Program-made: the position numbers and the translations under genes
Shown here: in pieces, positions 31,182 through 41,540 of the stretch
Numbering within the stretch: position 1 is the first letter of the stretch
Layout of the letters: every line of letters starts with the position of its first letter
NCBI GenBank assembly: GCA_050950505.1
Contig: JBMNHS010000002.1
Location: 1-64,000, forward strand
Length of the DNA stretch: 64,000 bases
Reading direction: 5' to 3'
DNA from: Candidatus Methanomethylophilaceae archaeon
GTDB taxonomy: Archaea; Thermoplasmatota; Thermoplasmata; Methanomassiliicoccales; Methanomethylophilaceae
The notes under the pieces: generated by a model
What the model saw: only the letters and a program-made list of their open reading frames with translations
What the model was told of the DNA's origin: nothing
The model's database searches: none

Positions 31182-32503
31182 AAGGCGTGGTCATAGCCGG
31201 TACCGGCAGCAACGTCGGCAAAACTTCGATAACCACCGGAATACTTTCGCTTCTGTCCAAAAATCACAAAGTTCAGGCCTTCAAGGCCGGACCGGATTTC
31301 ATCGATCCGATGTACCACACCGTCGCATCCGGAAGAAAGTGCAGAAATCTGGATTCTTTCATGATGGACGGGGACACCATACGCAATGTGGTGGGTCACG
31401 CATCCCAAGGGGCAGATCTGTGCGTCGTCGAAGGGGTCAGAGGCTTGTACGAGGGGTTCTCGCCGGACACGGACACGGGTTCCACCGCGGGACTCGCCAA
31501 GATGCTGGGATTTCCCGTAATACTGGTCATCGACGTAAAGTCTCTGAACAGAAGCGCCGCGGCGATCATCAACGGATTCGCGGACTTCGACCCGGATGTG
31601 AAAATAGAAGGCGTCATTCTGAACAACATTTCCGGAAAACAGCATGAGGATAAAATCGATGCGGTGATGGAACGTTACTGCAAACAGAAAGTAGTGGGAA
31701 AGATACCCAGACTCCATGAAGGACCCGCAAAAAGAAGACAGGCGGGATTGATAACCCCGGATTCCGATTGGAACGTCTCGCCTTTCGAAGAAATGGCCGA
31801 AGGCGTGGATCTGGACCTTCTGCTGAACATAGCCGAATCCACCGATGCGGATCTCCCCGCCGATTCCCCTTACGTAACAAGAAACGGGTCGATGACCGCC
31901 GCCGTTCCTCTTGACGACGCATTCTGTTTCTATTACAAAGAAAATCTGGAATGTCTCGAATCCTCCGGCATAAAAATCAAACACTTTTCCCCGGTTGCCG
32001 GAGATCCGCTTCCCGATGCCGACATGTATTATCTCGGCGGAGGTTACCCGGAGCTGTTCGCGGAGGAGATTTCTTCAAACAAAGATTTCATTGAAGGCCT
32101 GAAGAACGTCTCCGAGGAAGGAAAACCCGTATTGGGCGAATGCGGAGGTCTGTTGACGATGTGCAACACCCTCAGGGACGCGGAAGGAAAGGTTCACGGA
32201 ATGGCCGGAATATTCGACGCGGATGCGGTGATGACGGACAAACGCCACGGTCCCACATACGTCCGGGCGGAACCCAACCGAAACAACCCCCTGTTCGATT
32301 CGCCGGTCAGGGCCCACGAATACCATTATTCCGAAGTGCATCCGAAAAAGGATTCCGTTTACTGTTACGATCTGTCCCGGGGGGCCGGCATCATCGATTC
32401 CAAAGACGGCATAACCCTCCGTTCTTCCGTCGGAACCCACATGCATCAGAACGCACTGTCCCAGAAAGATTGGGCCCGGGGATTTCTGTCTGCCTGCAAA
32501 TAA
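31178..32503 (+). CDS. cfbB: Ni-sirohydrochlorin a,c-diamide synthase
   Basis: GKTS, GPDFIDP, EGVRGLYEG, GECGG, HEYHYS; last gene of the cfb operon. Confidence 0.9.
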   Translation: MKGVVIAGTGSNVGKTSITTGILSLLSKNHKVQAFKAGPDFIDPMYHTVASGRKCRNLDSFMMDGDTIRNVVGHASQGADLCVVEGVRGLYEGFSPDTDTGSTAGLAKMLGFPVILVIDVKSLNRSAAAIINGFADFDPDVKIEGVILNNISGKQHEDKIDAVMERYCKQKVVGKIPRLHEGPAKRRQAGLITPDSDWNVSPFEEMAEGVDLDLLLNIAESTDADLPADSPYVTRNGSMTAAVPLDDAFCFYYKENLECLESSGIKIKHFSPVAGDPLPDADMYYLGGGYPELFAEEISSNKDFIEGLKNVSEEGKPVLGECGGLLTMCNTLRDAEGKVHGMAGIFDADAVMTDKRHGPTYVRAEPNRNNPLFDSPVRAHEYHYSEVHPKKDSVYCYDLSRGAGIIDSKDGITLRSSVGTHMHQNALSQKDWARGFLSACK

Positions 32504-32507
32504 AAAC

Positions 32508-34043
32508 TCAGCCGACTCTTTCGATAAGGCCTTTTGATTTCTCCAACTCTTCGTCGGATATGGTAAGGAAGCTTTCGAGATTGTATTCCTTGACTTCTTC
32601 GAGACATTCCACTTCGGCGCTTATGGTTCCGTCCTCGGCGGCTTTGAACTTTACCGTAATCGGCGTATCCTTGGTGATTCCCTCCGGCAAATCCATGTCG
32701 AAAGCCCCCACGTAATCCCCTTCCTTGATTTCCAGTCTGACGTTGTTTTCGGAACGCAAAGCGGAATTTTCGAATATTTCTATGAGAACCGAAGATTGTC
32801 CGTCCTCCATGGGATAGTAAATTTTGACGTCTTCCAAAGGAAGGGTCTCGTTCCTGTATATCAGGTTGGAAATCATTGCATTCCCGGCGTAATCCACCCT
32901 GACCCCGAAGGATTTGCTGAGAACGTTCTTCACCATGATGGCATGTTCTTCCTCATGTCCCGTTTCTGACATGTTCTTGGATCTGGCAAACATCGCGGCG
33001 CCTTTGGCCACGGACCGGTCCGGATCGAAAAGACGCACGTTGACTTCGGGATAAAGGTTCATTATCCCCTCTATGATGTGGGGCATCCTGCAGGAACCTC
33101 CAACGAGAATTATATCGTCAATCTCTTCGATGGAGGTGCCGACGGAATCGAGAACGCCGATCATCACGTCCAAAGTGCGTTCGAAGAGATGTGCCGTGGC
33201 TTCTTCGAATTCCTCCCGGGTCACGGTGTAAATGATTCTTTCGTTCCCGACGTTCATGGAACCCCTTGTGGATTCCGCGGTGGTCAGTCTTTTCTTGATA
33301 GATTCCGTATCCACGTCCAAAGTGACGGTGGCTTCTCTGTCTTCTTCAAGTTCCTCCACCGGAACCCCGGATTCGCAGGACACCTTTTTCAATATAAGTT
33401 TGGCCAAAGCCACATCCCAGTCCCTGCCTCCCAGCAGACGTTCCCCGTCGGTTGCGACGGCATTGAAAGTCCCTCCGGAAACATCCAGTACCGTGACGTC
33501 AAAAGTCCCGCCTCCCAAATCGTACACCAGCACCCGTTTTTCGGAATCGTCGGTGCCGTATCCGAAAGATATGGCCGCCGCGGTGGGTTCGTTGATTATG
33601 ATCACTTCGTCCAATCCCGCGATTCTGCCCGCGTTCTTCGTGGACTCCCTTTCCTTCTGCCCGAAATAAGCGGGACAGGTTATCACGGCCCGTTTGATCT
33701 CGCGTCCGTGAACTTCACTGAAGTCATCCAGCAGTTTTTTCAGAATGGCTGCGGACAATGTGACGGGGGTGTATATTTCACCGTCCACTTCCGCTTTGAA
33801 TTCAGTCCCCATGTGCCTTTTTACCGATACGAAAGTTCTCTCGGGAGGATACATGGCGGCAACGTCTTTGGCAGGGGATCCGACTATTATTTCGTGATTT
33901 TCATTGAAAAGTATAACCGAGGGAGTGGTCTCTTCCTGTTCGAAATTTCTCTCTATTACCGGGTCGCCCGCCTCGATGTATGCGAGGCAGGAGTAGGTTG
34001 TGCCTAAGTCGATGCCTACGTTAAGTTCCTCTTCCATACCCAT
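32508..34043 (-). CDS. Hsp70 family protein (atypical, lacks most of the C-terminal lid)
   Basis: GIDLGTTYS, ITCPAYF, NEPTAAA, DLGGGTFD, LVGGS; only 511 aa. Confidence 0.9.
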   Translation of the reverse strand: MGMEEELNVGIDLGTTYSCLAYIEAGDPVIERNFEQEETTPSVILFNENHEIIVGSPAKDVAAMYPPERTFVSVKRHMGTEFKAEVDGEIYTPVTLSAAILKKLLDDFSEVHGREIKRAVITCPAYFGQKERESTKNAGRIAGLDEVIIINEPTAAAISFGYGTDDSEKRVLVYDLGGGTFDVTVLDVSGGTFNAVATDGERLLGGRDWDVALAKLILKKVSCESGVPVEELEEDREATVTLDVDTESIKKRLTTAESTRGSMNVGNERIIYTVTREEFEEATAHLFERTLDVMIGVLDSVGTSIEEIDDIILVGGSCRMPHIIEGIMNLYPEVNVRLFDPDRSVAKGAAMFARSKNMSETGHEEEHAIMVKNVLSKSFGVRVDYAGNAMISNLIYRNETLPLEDVKIYYPMEDGQSSVLIEIFENSALRSENNVRLEIKEGDYVGAFDMDLPEGITKDTPITVKFKAAEDGTISAEVECLEEVKEYNLESFLTISDEELEKSKGLIERVG

Positions 34044-34119
34044 CTCAATCCACTGTATTGCAGGTTGATATAGTTATATTGTTCCGTTCAAATAAAGTCT
34101 GATTGGGTTCCGTTTCCGA

Positions 34120-35991
34120 TCATTGACACACGGGACATTCGGCGGAGCCGACGCCGATGCCTTCGAACCCGTACGCCCTTACCCCGTTCAGTATCGCTAT
34201 CACCGACACGCCCACGTCGGCGAATATGGCGAACCACATTCCGGCCAGTCCGGACACCGCCAAACCCAAAGCGAGGAATTTGACGGCAAGCGAGAACACT
34301 ATGTTCTGATATGCGATTTTTCTCGTATCCCTGGAAATGCGGACGGCTTCCGGTATCTTGCACAGGGAATCGTTCATTATCACCACGTCGGCGGCTTCCA
34401 CCGCGCTGTCGGAACCGATGCCTCCCATGGCAATGCCCACATCCGCCCGGGCAATCGAAGGCGCATCGTTTATGCCGTCTCCGACGTAAACCAAAGTTTT
34501 TCTTCCCCGTTCCAGATATTCTTCTAGTTTCCTGAGTTTTTCCTCCGGAAGAAGTTCGCTGTGGAACTCCCTGATTCCGACCAGATCCGCAATTCTTCCC
34601 GCGGAGGCTTCCGTATCGCCGGTAAGCATCACGGTTTCTTTCACCCCGAGCTTTTCCAGTTCGCGCACGGCGAGACCCGAATCTTCTTTCGGAGTGTCCG
34701 ATATTGTAATTCTTCCGAAGTACACCCCGTCGACGGCCACGTGTATGTTGGTGACGTCCCCGTCATCAACGAAAGAGTCTATGCCCACGTCTTTCATCAG
34801 TCCCGCGTTGCCGGTGTGCACCGTCTTCCCATCAACCGCGGTCATGACTCCTTTGCCGGGTATGTTCTCGGACTCTCCTATTGCCGAAGCGTTGATTTCT
34901 TTCCCGTAATGGTTCAGGATGGCTCTCGATATGGGGTGGTCGGATCTGTATTCCGACATCGCGGCGTACATTATCAGTTCGTTCGAGGAAACGTTTTCGG
35001 GATAAACCCCGGTAATGTCGAAACTGCCCTTGGTAACCGTTCCCGTTTTGTCCATGACGACGGAATCGATGAACGTAAGTCGGTCCATCACGGCACCGCC
35101 GTTGATCAGTATTCCGTTCTTTGATGCCCTCCCCACTCCGCAGAAGAATGTGAGGGGGACGGAAATCACCAACGCACAGGGACAGGATATGACCAGCATT
35201 ACCAACGCCCGGTAAACCCAGACATCGGCGGGAAGACCGAAGAACACGACGGGAACCAATGCGACCGTGATTGCCGCGACGACCACCGCCGGGGTGTAGT
35301 ATCTTGCGAACACGGTGATGAATTTCTCGCTCTCGGATTTCATCGCCCCCGATTCTTCCACGAGTTCCAAAACCCTTGCCACGGTGGATTCCGAATAAAC
35401 TTTTTCGGCTCTCAGCGTAAGGGATCCCGTCAGGTTTATCCCGCCGCTGAGAACGGCATCGTCAATGTTGACGTTCTTGGGCAACGATTCGCCGGTCAAC
35501 GCCTTGAGGTCAAGGGATGAAGTTCCGGACACCACGGTGCCGTCTATCGGTATTCTTTCACCGGGAAGCACGGAGAACAGTTCCCCGACCTTCACATCTT
35601 CGGGAGGAACTTCCGTTTCCGAACCGTTTCTGACGACTCGGACGAAAACGGGCTGCATCTCGACAAGTTCGGATATGGACCGCCTTGATTCCCTGACGGC
35701 GGCTTCTTCGAACAGCATTCCGACGGAGAAGAACAGCATCACGGCCACGCCTTCCACCCCGGCGCCGATAAGAAACGCCCCGGAGGACGCAATCACCGTC
35801 AGAAAATTTTCATCCAGCATCATTCCGTACCTCAGACTTCTGGCCGCATCGATTATGACCGAATAGCCGACGATGAGGTACGCAATGAGCAAAACCGCGA
35901 GAGAAGCGGAACCGTGACCGAAACGGTCCAACAGTATTCCCGGAACGAACAGAAGAAAAGAAATCAGGACTCTGAAGGATCTGTTGTTCAA
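34120..35991 (-). CDS. Heavy-metal P1B-type ATPase (CadA/ZntA-like)
   Basis: LTGES, SCPCAL, DKTGT, SDHP, GDGINDAP. Confidence 0.95.
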   Translation of the reverse strand: MNNRSFRVLISFLLFVPGILLDRFGHGSASLAVLLIAYLIVGYSVIIDAARSLRYGMMLDENFLTVIASSGAFLIGAGVEGVAVMLFFSVGMLFEEAAVRESRRSISELVEMQPVFVRVVRNGSETEVPPEDVKVGELFSVLPGERIPIDGTVVSGTSSLDLKALTGESLPKNVNIDDAVLSGGINLTGSLTLRAEKVYSESTVARVLELVEESGAMKSESEKFITVFARYYTPAVVVAAITVALVPVVFFGLPADVWVYRALVMLVISCPCALVISVPLTFFCGVGRASKNGILINGGAVMDRLTFIDSVVMDKTGTVTKGSFDITGVYPENVSSNELIMYAAMSEYRSDHPISRAILNHYGKEINASAIGESENIPGKGVMTAVDGKTVHTGNAGLMKDVGIDSFVDDGDVTNIHVAVDGVYFGRITISDTPKEDSGLAVRELEKLGVKETVMLTGDTEASAGRIADLVGIREFHSELLPEEKLRKLEEYLERGRKTLVYVGDGINDAPSIARADVGIAMGGIGSDSAVEAADVVIMNDSLCKIPEAVRISRDTRKIAYQNIVFSLAVKFLALGLAVSGLAGMWFAIFADVGVSVIAILNGVRAYGFEGIGVGSAECPVCQ

Positions 35992-35995
35992 TCCT

Positions 35996-36217
35996 TCACC
36001 TCCGGACCGATACGGCGTCGCAGGATACTTTTTTCACGATTTTTTCTATCTCATCATCAATTTCTTCAATACGGGGTTCTTCCGCATGAACAATCAAACG
36101 CTGCGACATGAAAACGACGGAGGCGGATTCCACACCTTTGATTTTTGAAACCATCCTTTCCATTTTGGTTGCGCAGGCGGCGCAGCCAAGTCCGTCGAGC
36201 ATATACGTGAATTTCAC
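35996..36217 (-). CDS. Heavy-metal-associated (HMA) domain protein
   Basis: GLGCAACA motif, 73 aa, directly upstream of the ATPase. Confidence 0.88.
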   Translation of the reverse strand: MKFTYMLDGLGCAACATKMERMVSKIKGVESASVVFMSQRLIVHAEEPRIEEIDDEIEKIVKKVSCDAVSVRR

Positions 36218-36585
36218 GGGAGGTCCTCCGTAAGGTGCTCAGCGGCGGTTTCTATGATGGATTTGACATGATCGTCGCTCAACGAATAATAGATGAATTT
36301 GCCCTCTCTTCTGGATTTGACCAGATTCGAATCCCTTAAAATCCTCAGTTGATGGGACACGGCGGAATCCGACATGCCCAGAGTTTCGCTTATACAACTG
36401 ACGCACATCTCGCTGATGTCCAGACCCATAAGGATTTTCAGTCTCGTGTCATCGCTGAACAGACTGAAGAATCCAGACAGTTCCGTAACAAATTTTCCCT
36501 CAGGCAACTTTCCTTTGACGATTTTCACCACATCTTCGTGTCCGATGTGGGGACAATCGGTCATGCATTCAGGCTCGTCTGTCAA
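36214..36585 (-). CDS. ArsR/SmtB (CadC-like) metalloregulator
   Basis: DDTRLKIL, EMCV, SAVSHQLRILR, YYSLSDDHV; N-terminal Cys/His residues. Confidence 0.93.
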   Translation of the reverse strand: MTDEPECMTDCPHIGHEDVVKIVKGKLPEGKFVTELSGFFSLFSDDTRLKILMGLDISEMCVSCISETLGMSDSAVSHQLRILRDSNLVKSRREGKFIYYSLSDDHVKSIIETAAEHLTEDLP

Positions 36586-36618
36586 TTGAACACCTATTCA
36601 ATTGAATGACTGTTCAAT
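36585..36618. promoter_or_regulatory. Tandem SmtB/ArsR-type operators
   Basis: ATTGAA-CACCTA-TTCAAT overlapping ATTGAA-TGACTG-TTCAAT, between a TATA-like element and the start codon. Confidence 0.8.
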
Positions 36619-36671
36619 TATAAAAAGACCGGCCTGCGTTCAATTTATGAACAAGGAGCACATGGCGGATT

Positions 36672-37631
36672 ATGGACCAGCAGCAGGCCGATGAGTATTG
36701 CAGGGAAGCGATATCCTACATGTTGGGATCGAACGGAAAAGAAAAACATCCGGAGGAAGCCGTCCGTCTGTTTTCACTGGTGGCGGAAGCGGAATACCCT
36801 CAGGGCCTTTTCGGACTGGCCGAAGTCCTGATGGTCGGATTCGGCGTTGCCAAAGATGAAAAACGCGCCGTTGAACTGTATGAAAAGGCAGCGGAAAAAG
36901 GTCACCCCGAATCTGATTACCGTCTCGGACTGATTCATACCGGAGATTACGGATTCCCCGAGAATCCCGAAAAATCCTTCCTTCATTTCAAAACCGCCGC
37001 CGAAGCGGGAATGATTCCCGCATACGCGTTCATGGCGCAATACAATTTTCACGGTTACGGAACCGATACCGATTACAAAGAAGCGTACAGATGGTTCTCC
37101 AAATCCGCCGAAGCCAACGATCCGGTGTCGATGTTCATGGCGGGATACTTGGCGGAAACCGGCACGGGAACCGAAAAGAACGAAGAGGAAGCTTACGGAC
37201 TGTTCATGAAAGCCGCCGAAGCGGGACTTCCCGAAGCCGTGATGAAGGTTGCGGATTTGATTCATTCCGGAAAAATTCCCGGCGGAGACGAGGGAGCCTT
37301 CGGATGGTATCTGAAAGCCGCCGATATGGGGATAACCGCCGCAAAGGTAAGCGTGGGCACTTTGTATTACGAAGGAACCGGCGTTGAAAGAAATCCCGAA
37401 AAAGCTTATGAGTATTATTCACAGGCATCGGAAGAAGGGGACGGAGACGCATCCTTCATAAAAGCCAGAATGGAACTTCAGGGACACGGCACCGAAGGAA
37501 ATCCGGACAAAGCGATGGCTACCATGAAGAAAGCCGCCGAACAGGGAAGCGAAGAAGCGAAACAACTGCTCAACGAGCTTCGCAGGACTCAGAACACCCA
37601 ATTCGTAACCATCGACGGAAACGAACAATAA
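36672..37631 (+). CDS. Sel1-like repeat protein
   Basis: About 36-aa repeats of the A...LG..Y..G.G...D...A..WF.KAAE.G type. Confidence 0.9.
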   Translation: MDQQQADEYCREAISYMLGSNGKEKHPEEAVRLFSLVAEAEYPQGLFGLAEVLMVGFGVAKDEKRAVELYEKAAEKGHPESDYRLGLIHTGDYGFPENPEKSFLHFKTAAEAGMIPAYAFMAQYNFHGYGTDTDYKEAYRWFSKSAEANDPVSMFMAGYLAETGTGTEKNEEEAYGLFMKAAEAGLPEAVMKVADLIHSGKIPGGDEGAFGWYLKAADMGITAAKVSVGTLYYEGTGVERNPEKAYEYYSQASEEGDGDASFIKARMELQGHGTEGNPDKAMATMKKAAEQGSEEAKQLLNELRRTQNTQFVTIDGNEQ

Positions 37632-37769
37632 TCACTCTTCGTAGAGATCGAAATCCTCTTTGCCCACTCCACAGTCGGGACAGGTGAAATCATCGGGAAG
37701 ATCCTCGAATTTGACACCCTCCTTTTCTTCGTCGTAGATGTAGCCGCAGATGACACATTCATACTTCAT
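37632..37769 (-). CDS. Rubredoxin (45 aa; absent from ORF track)
   Basis: [45 protein letters not shown]. Confidence 0.95.
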   Translation of the reverse strand: MKYECVICGYIYDEEKEGVKFEDLPDDFTCPDCGVGKEDFDLYEE

Positions 37770-37815
37770 GTCAGGGCGGATTAACAAAGTTATTTTTAAT
37801 TTTTTTGATAACAGA

Positions 37816-39213
37816 TCACTGAGACCGCACCGTATCTTTTACGATGAATGAAAGTAAAGCGCCGACAAGGGCCAAGAGAACCCCTAACACCACGACGACG
37901 GAGAATCCCGAGGCAAACTCGGATATCTCCAGCAAAACGAATTCTTTCCCCGGAGCCCCCGAGGAAAACGAAAACACCGCGGCGAACAGTGCGATTCCGA
38001 TGCCGGCGCCCAAATACGTCGACAGGGCCATCACAGACGAACCTATTCCGGCATGCCCTTCAGGGGCGTGTTCCACCACCCGTCCGGCCATGGGACCTCC
38101 GGCGAATCCCCAACTCAGCCCCATCAGCAAAGTGATCGGAATCAGCAACCAATGTCCGTTTTCAGGCATCATGAACCACATGATTGCGTTATACAACGCA
38201 ACGGACAGACATGCCCCCACGGCAAACATTCTGCGCCCCCTGCGGTCTGAGAGCCTGCCGAAAACAAGACAGGTCAGCCCGGTCACCACCGAAGGAATCA
38301 GCAGATACATTCCGCTCATTCCCGGCGTGAACCCCAGAACCAGACTCATGTAAAACGGCAGCAGGTAGAACGTCCCCGCGTATGCGATGTTGAAAATCAG
38401 ATACGCCAGAAACACAGAGTTGAAATTTCCCGATCCGAATATTCTCACGTCAATGATCGGAGCCCTGCATTCAAGTTCTCTGAATATGAACAATGACAGG
38501 AGTCCCAGACACGCAACCGCGGCAATCGGCACGAAAACCGATTCTTCGGGATTTCCCGCTTTTTCCAGAGCCAGGATTCCGGTGACGATTGCGGCGAACA
38601 GCAACATCCCGCCGAACAAATCCACGTGTTCCTTTGAAGATTCCCCGTCTTTGGGAATCGCATGCAGCGCAAGGGGAATCGCAATCAGGCCGATTGGAAC
38701 GTTTATAAGGAATATCCAATGCCAGGACAGCATTTGGGTAAGCATTCCTCCGAGAGGCGGCCCCAAGGCATACCCCAGCGAACTCCCCAAAGTCACCACG
38801 GCCAAAGACAATCCGAGTTTTTCCCTCGGCATGTATTTCACGCAGATCATCGGTGCCGCGGCGGCCAGCATGGCGCCGCCGAAACCCTGAAGGATTCTGG
38901 ATACGAGCAACATGGCGAAAGAGTCGGAAATCCCGCAGAACAGGGACGCTGCCGTGAAAATTCCGAATCCGAAGACGAAGACTTTTCTCAAGGCCCCTCT
39001 GTCGGCTATCCGTCCGAACAACAGAATCAATCCCGCGAGAACCATGAGATAACTGACGACGATCCAGGAAGCGCTGGCCGTATCCGTCCCCAAATCCGAA
39101 GCTATGGAAGGCAACGCGATATTCACGATACTGCCGTCCATGCTGTCCATAAGTATTGCCACGACAACCGCGAGCAACAGCAGTTTTTCGGAACGGACCC
39201 CGGAAACCGTCAT
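37816..39213 (-). CDS. MFS efflux transporter, DHA2 (EmrB/QacA) family
   Basis: [28 protein letters not shown]; ~14 TM. Confidence 0.9.
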   Translation of the reverse strand: MTVSGVRSEKLLLLAVVVAILMDSMDGSIVNIALPSIASDLGTDTASASWIVVSYLMVLAGLILLFGRIADRGALRKVFVFGFGIFTAASLFCGISDSFAMLLVSRILQGFGGAMLAAAAPMICVKYMPREKLGLSLAVVTLGSSLGYALGPPLGGMLTQMLSWHWIFLINVPIGLIAIPLALHAIPKDGESSKEHVDLFGGMLLFAAIVTGILALEKAGNPEESVFVPIAAVACLGLLSLFIFRELECRAPIIDVRIFGSGNFNSVFLAYLIFNIAYAGTFYLLPFYMSLVLGFTPGMSGMYLLIPSVVTGLTCLVFGRLSDRRGRRMFAVGACLSVALYNAIMWFMMPENGHWLLIPITLLMGLSWGFAGGPMAGRVVEHAPEGHAGIGSSVMALSTYLGAGIGIALFAAVFSFSSGAPGKEFVLLEISEFASGFSVVVVLGVLLALVGALLSFIVKDTVRSQ

Positions 39214-39258
39214 AACCCCGTCAGGTCGGATGTCGGATATAATATCATGACCAATCCG

Positions 39259-39867
39259 TCAAAGCAAAAGACCCGTCAGGTCCGTTACCGCAGAGTCCGA
39301 CACCCCGATTCCTGAACGGTCAAGTTTTATTTTCATGACGTTCGCGTTGTCCGCCGCATTGAGGGCGGCGGATTTCCCTCCGACATAAACGGCGGTTCCG
39401 GAATCCGCGTTCAGTTCCTTCAGGCACAGATTCAGGGAATAGGGGTCCGGCCGTCTCAGAAAGGTTCTCTCGAATCCCACCACGCTTTTGAAACAATCAT
39501 CGATTCCGTGCTTTTCCAACAAATCCCTGATTTCGTTTTCGTAGTATTCCGATACGATTCCCAGGACGGTTCCTTTGCCGTGAAGTTCTTTGACGGTTTC
39601 CGCGGTTTCCGGGAACGGAACGCATCCGTGAAACTTCTCTTCGAACCCTCTCAGGAATTCGGCCACGAATTCCCGGTATCTGCAGGGATGCTCCCTGTAA
39701 CGCATTCCGAACAGTCCCTGCAAAGACATTTGGAAAAATTCATCGAAATCCGACGGATCGTAAACGTCGTCCATGGATCCGAAAGCGCGTTTCAATCCGT
39801 TTCCGTATGCAATTTTCGTATCGAAAAGAACGTTCCCGAATCCGAATATGCATACTTCGGGAATCAC
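39259..39867 (-). CDS. HAD-fold protein with degenerate active site
   Basis: HAD layout, but FGFGNV in place of FDxDGT, RRPDP in place of KPDP, and VGGK in place of VGD. Confidence 0.7.
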   Translation of the reverse strand: MIPEVCIFGFGNVLFDTKIAYGNGLKRAFGSMDDVYDPSDFDEFFQMSLQGLFGMRYREHPCRYREFVAEFLRGFEEKFHGCVPFPETAETVKELHGKGTVLGIVSEYYENEIRDLLEKHGIDDCFKSVVGFERTFLRRPDPYSLNLCLKELNADSGTAVYVGGKSAALNAADNANVMKIKLDRSGIGVSDSAVTDLTGLLL

Positions 39868-40478
39868 AACAGTTCCCTCAGATCTTCTATGTTGTAAGTC
39901 CCTTCGTAATGTTCGTTGTGTTCACGGTTGATGAACACACTGTCGATTCCGAAAGATTCCGCGGCGATGACATCGATGTCGCTGTCTCCCACGAACACGA
40001 TGTCTTGTTTGTCGAAACCGTAAGTTCGGTTGCAGAGTTCAAGACACTCCGGGTCGGGTTTGTGATTCTCCACATCGTCGTATCCCACGATAAGGTCGAA
40101 ACAATCCAAAAGTCCGTGCATTCCGAGAACTTCCCGTGTCCTGCCGTGCAGGCTTTTCGTCGCTATGCACATCACCGCACCCCGTTCCTTCAACTCTTTC
40201 AGGGCGGGCAAAGCATCGGGATAGGGCAGGCTGTTGGGATTCAAAGTATTCCCGTATTCCCGATACACTGTTTTTTCGAACTCTTCGTAGGAAAAATCCG
40301 GGTTGTAAAACTCTTCGTAAACGGAACGCAGAGGTTTCCTGATGAATTCCATGACATCTTCTTTTCCGCATTCCATCCCGAGTTTGTTCAAAGCTTCTTT
40401 GTAGCACACCTTCAACCCGTTGAGGGAATCCACCAGAGTTCCGTCCAAATCGAAAATATACATTCTGTATCTCTTCAT
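39864..40478 (-). CDS. HAD family hydrolase (phosphoglycolate phosphatase-like)
   Basis: FDLDGTLVDS, KPDP, FVGDSDID. Confidence 0.9.
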   Translation of the reverse strand: MKRYRMYIFDLDGTLVDSLNGLKVCYKEALNKLGMECGKEDVMEFIRKPLRSVYEEFYNPDFSYEEFEKTVYREYGNTLNPNSLPYPDALPALKELKERGAVMCIATKSLHGRTREVLGMHGLLDCFDLIVGYDDVENHKPDPECLELCNRTYGFDKQDIVFVGDSDIDVIAAESFGIDSVFINREHNEHYEGTYNIEDLRELL

Positions 40479-40535
40479 TTCGGCTGTTGTATACGTTCAT
40501 GTATATTCAGATTTAACTTAATCCGTCAAAACGTA

Positions 40536-41420
40536 TCAGTCAACTCTGTCGGACATCGATATGCCCCGTACGTTCAGCTCTTCCTTGCTGATTCCCACCA
40601 TGGCTTCGCCGATGTCGTAGGAAACTTCGGCAATCACATCGGGTTTGTCGTAATCGGCAACGGCTTTCACGATGGCGGAGGCTCTTTTGGCTGGATCCCC
40701 CGAACTGAATATTCCGGAACCGACGAACACTCCGTCGGAGCCCAGCTGCATCATGAGCGCGGCATCGGCGGGAGTCGCAACGCCGCCGGCGGCAAAATTC
40801 ACCACCGGCAGTTTTCCGTTGTTTTTTACGTAAGTCATCAAATCAAGGGGAACTCTGAATTCTTTGGCGGCATTGTACACCTCGTCATCGTTCATGGATT
40901 TCACGAAACGTAGGTCTGAATCGATTTTCCTCATATGGCTCACGGCTTGGACGATGTCCCCGGTTCCCGGTTCCCCTTTGGTGCGTATCATCGCCGCACC
41001 CTCTCCGATTCTTCTCAGGGCCTCTCCGAGATTTTTGGCACCGCAGACAAAAGGAGTTCTGAAGGCATTTTTGTCGATGTGGTATATGTCGTCAGCCGGG
41101 GAAAGAACTTCGCTCTCATCGATGAAATCAATGTTTATGGCTTCCAGAACCTGGGCTTCCACAAAGTGTCCGATGCGGCACTTGGCCATGACGGGAATCG
41201 AGACGGTGTCCTGAATGGACTCGATCATCTTCGGATCGCTCATCCTGGAAACCCCTCCGGCGGATCTTATGTCCGCGGGTATTCTTTCAAGGGCCATTAC
41301 CGCACAGGCGCCGGAATCTTCGGCGATTGCGGCCTGTTCGGGAGTCGTTACGTCCATTATGACTCCCCCGATGAGTTTTCTTGCTGATTCTCTGTTGATT
41401 TCACGTATGTTTTCCGTCAT
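40536..41420 (-). CDS. pdxS: Pyridoxal 5'-phosphate synthase lyase subunit
   Basis: [43 protein letters not shown]. Confidence 0.97.
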   Translation of the reverse strand: MTENIREINRESARKLIGGVIMDVTTPEQAAIAEDSGACAVMALERIPADIRSAGGVSRMSDPKMIESIQDTVSIPVMAKCRIGHFVEAQVLEAINIDFIDESEVLSPADDIYHIDKNAFRTPFVCGAKNLGEALRRIGEGAAMIRTKGEPGTGDIVQAVSHMRKIDSDLRFVKSMNDDEVYNAAKEFRVPLDLMTYVKNNGKLPVVNFAAGGVATPADAALMMQLGSDGVFVGSGIFSSGDPAKRASAIVKAVADYDKPDVIAEVSYDIGEAMVGISKEELNVRGISMSDRVD

Positions 41421-41540
41421 GGTTTTTACCGGCTGAATCCGCTTAACCATCCGGCAACCCTTTACTTAAATCCATTCCTTCGACGGTTTTTTCACAAATC
41501 CTTTTAATAACCGATAACCCGCTCGGAATTCGCTGATATT

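Noticed and set aside
40488-40505. TGTATA-N6-TGTATA upstream of the HAD pair as a third TRP-box array
   Set aside because: Spacing and flanks differ from the two matching arrays; could be chance in AT-rich DNA
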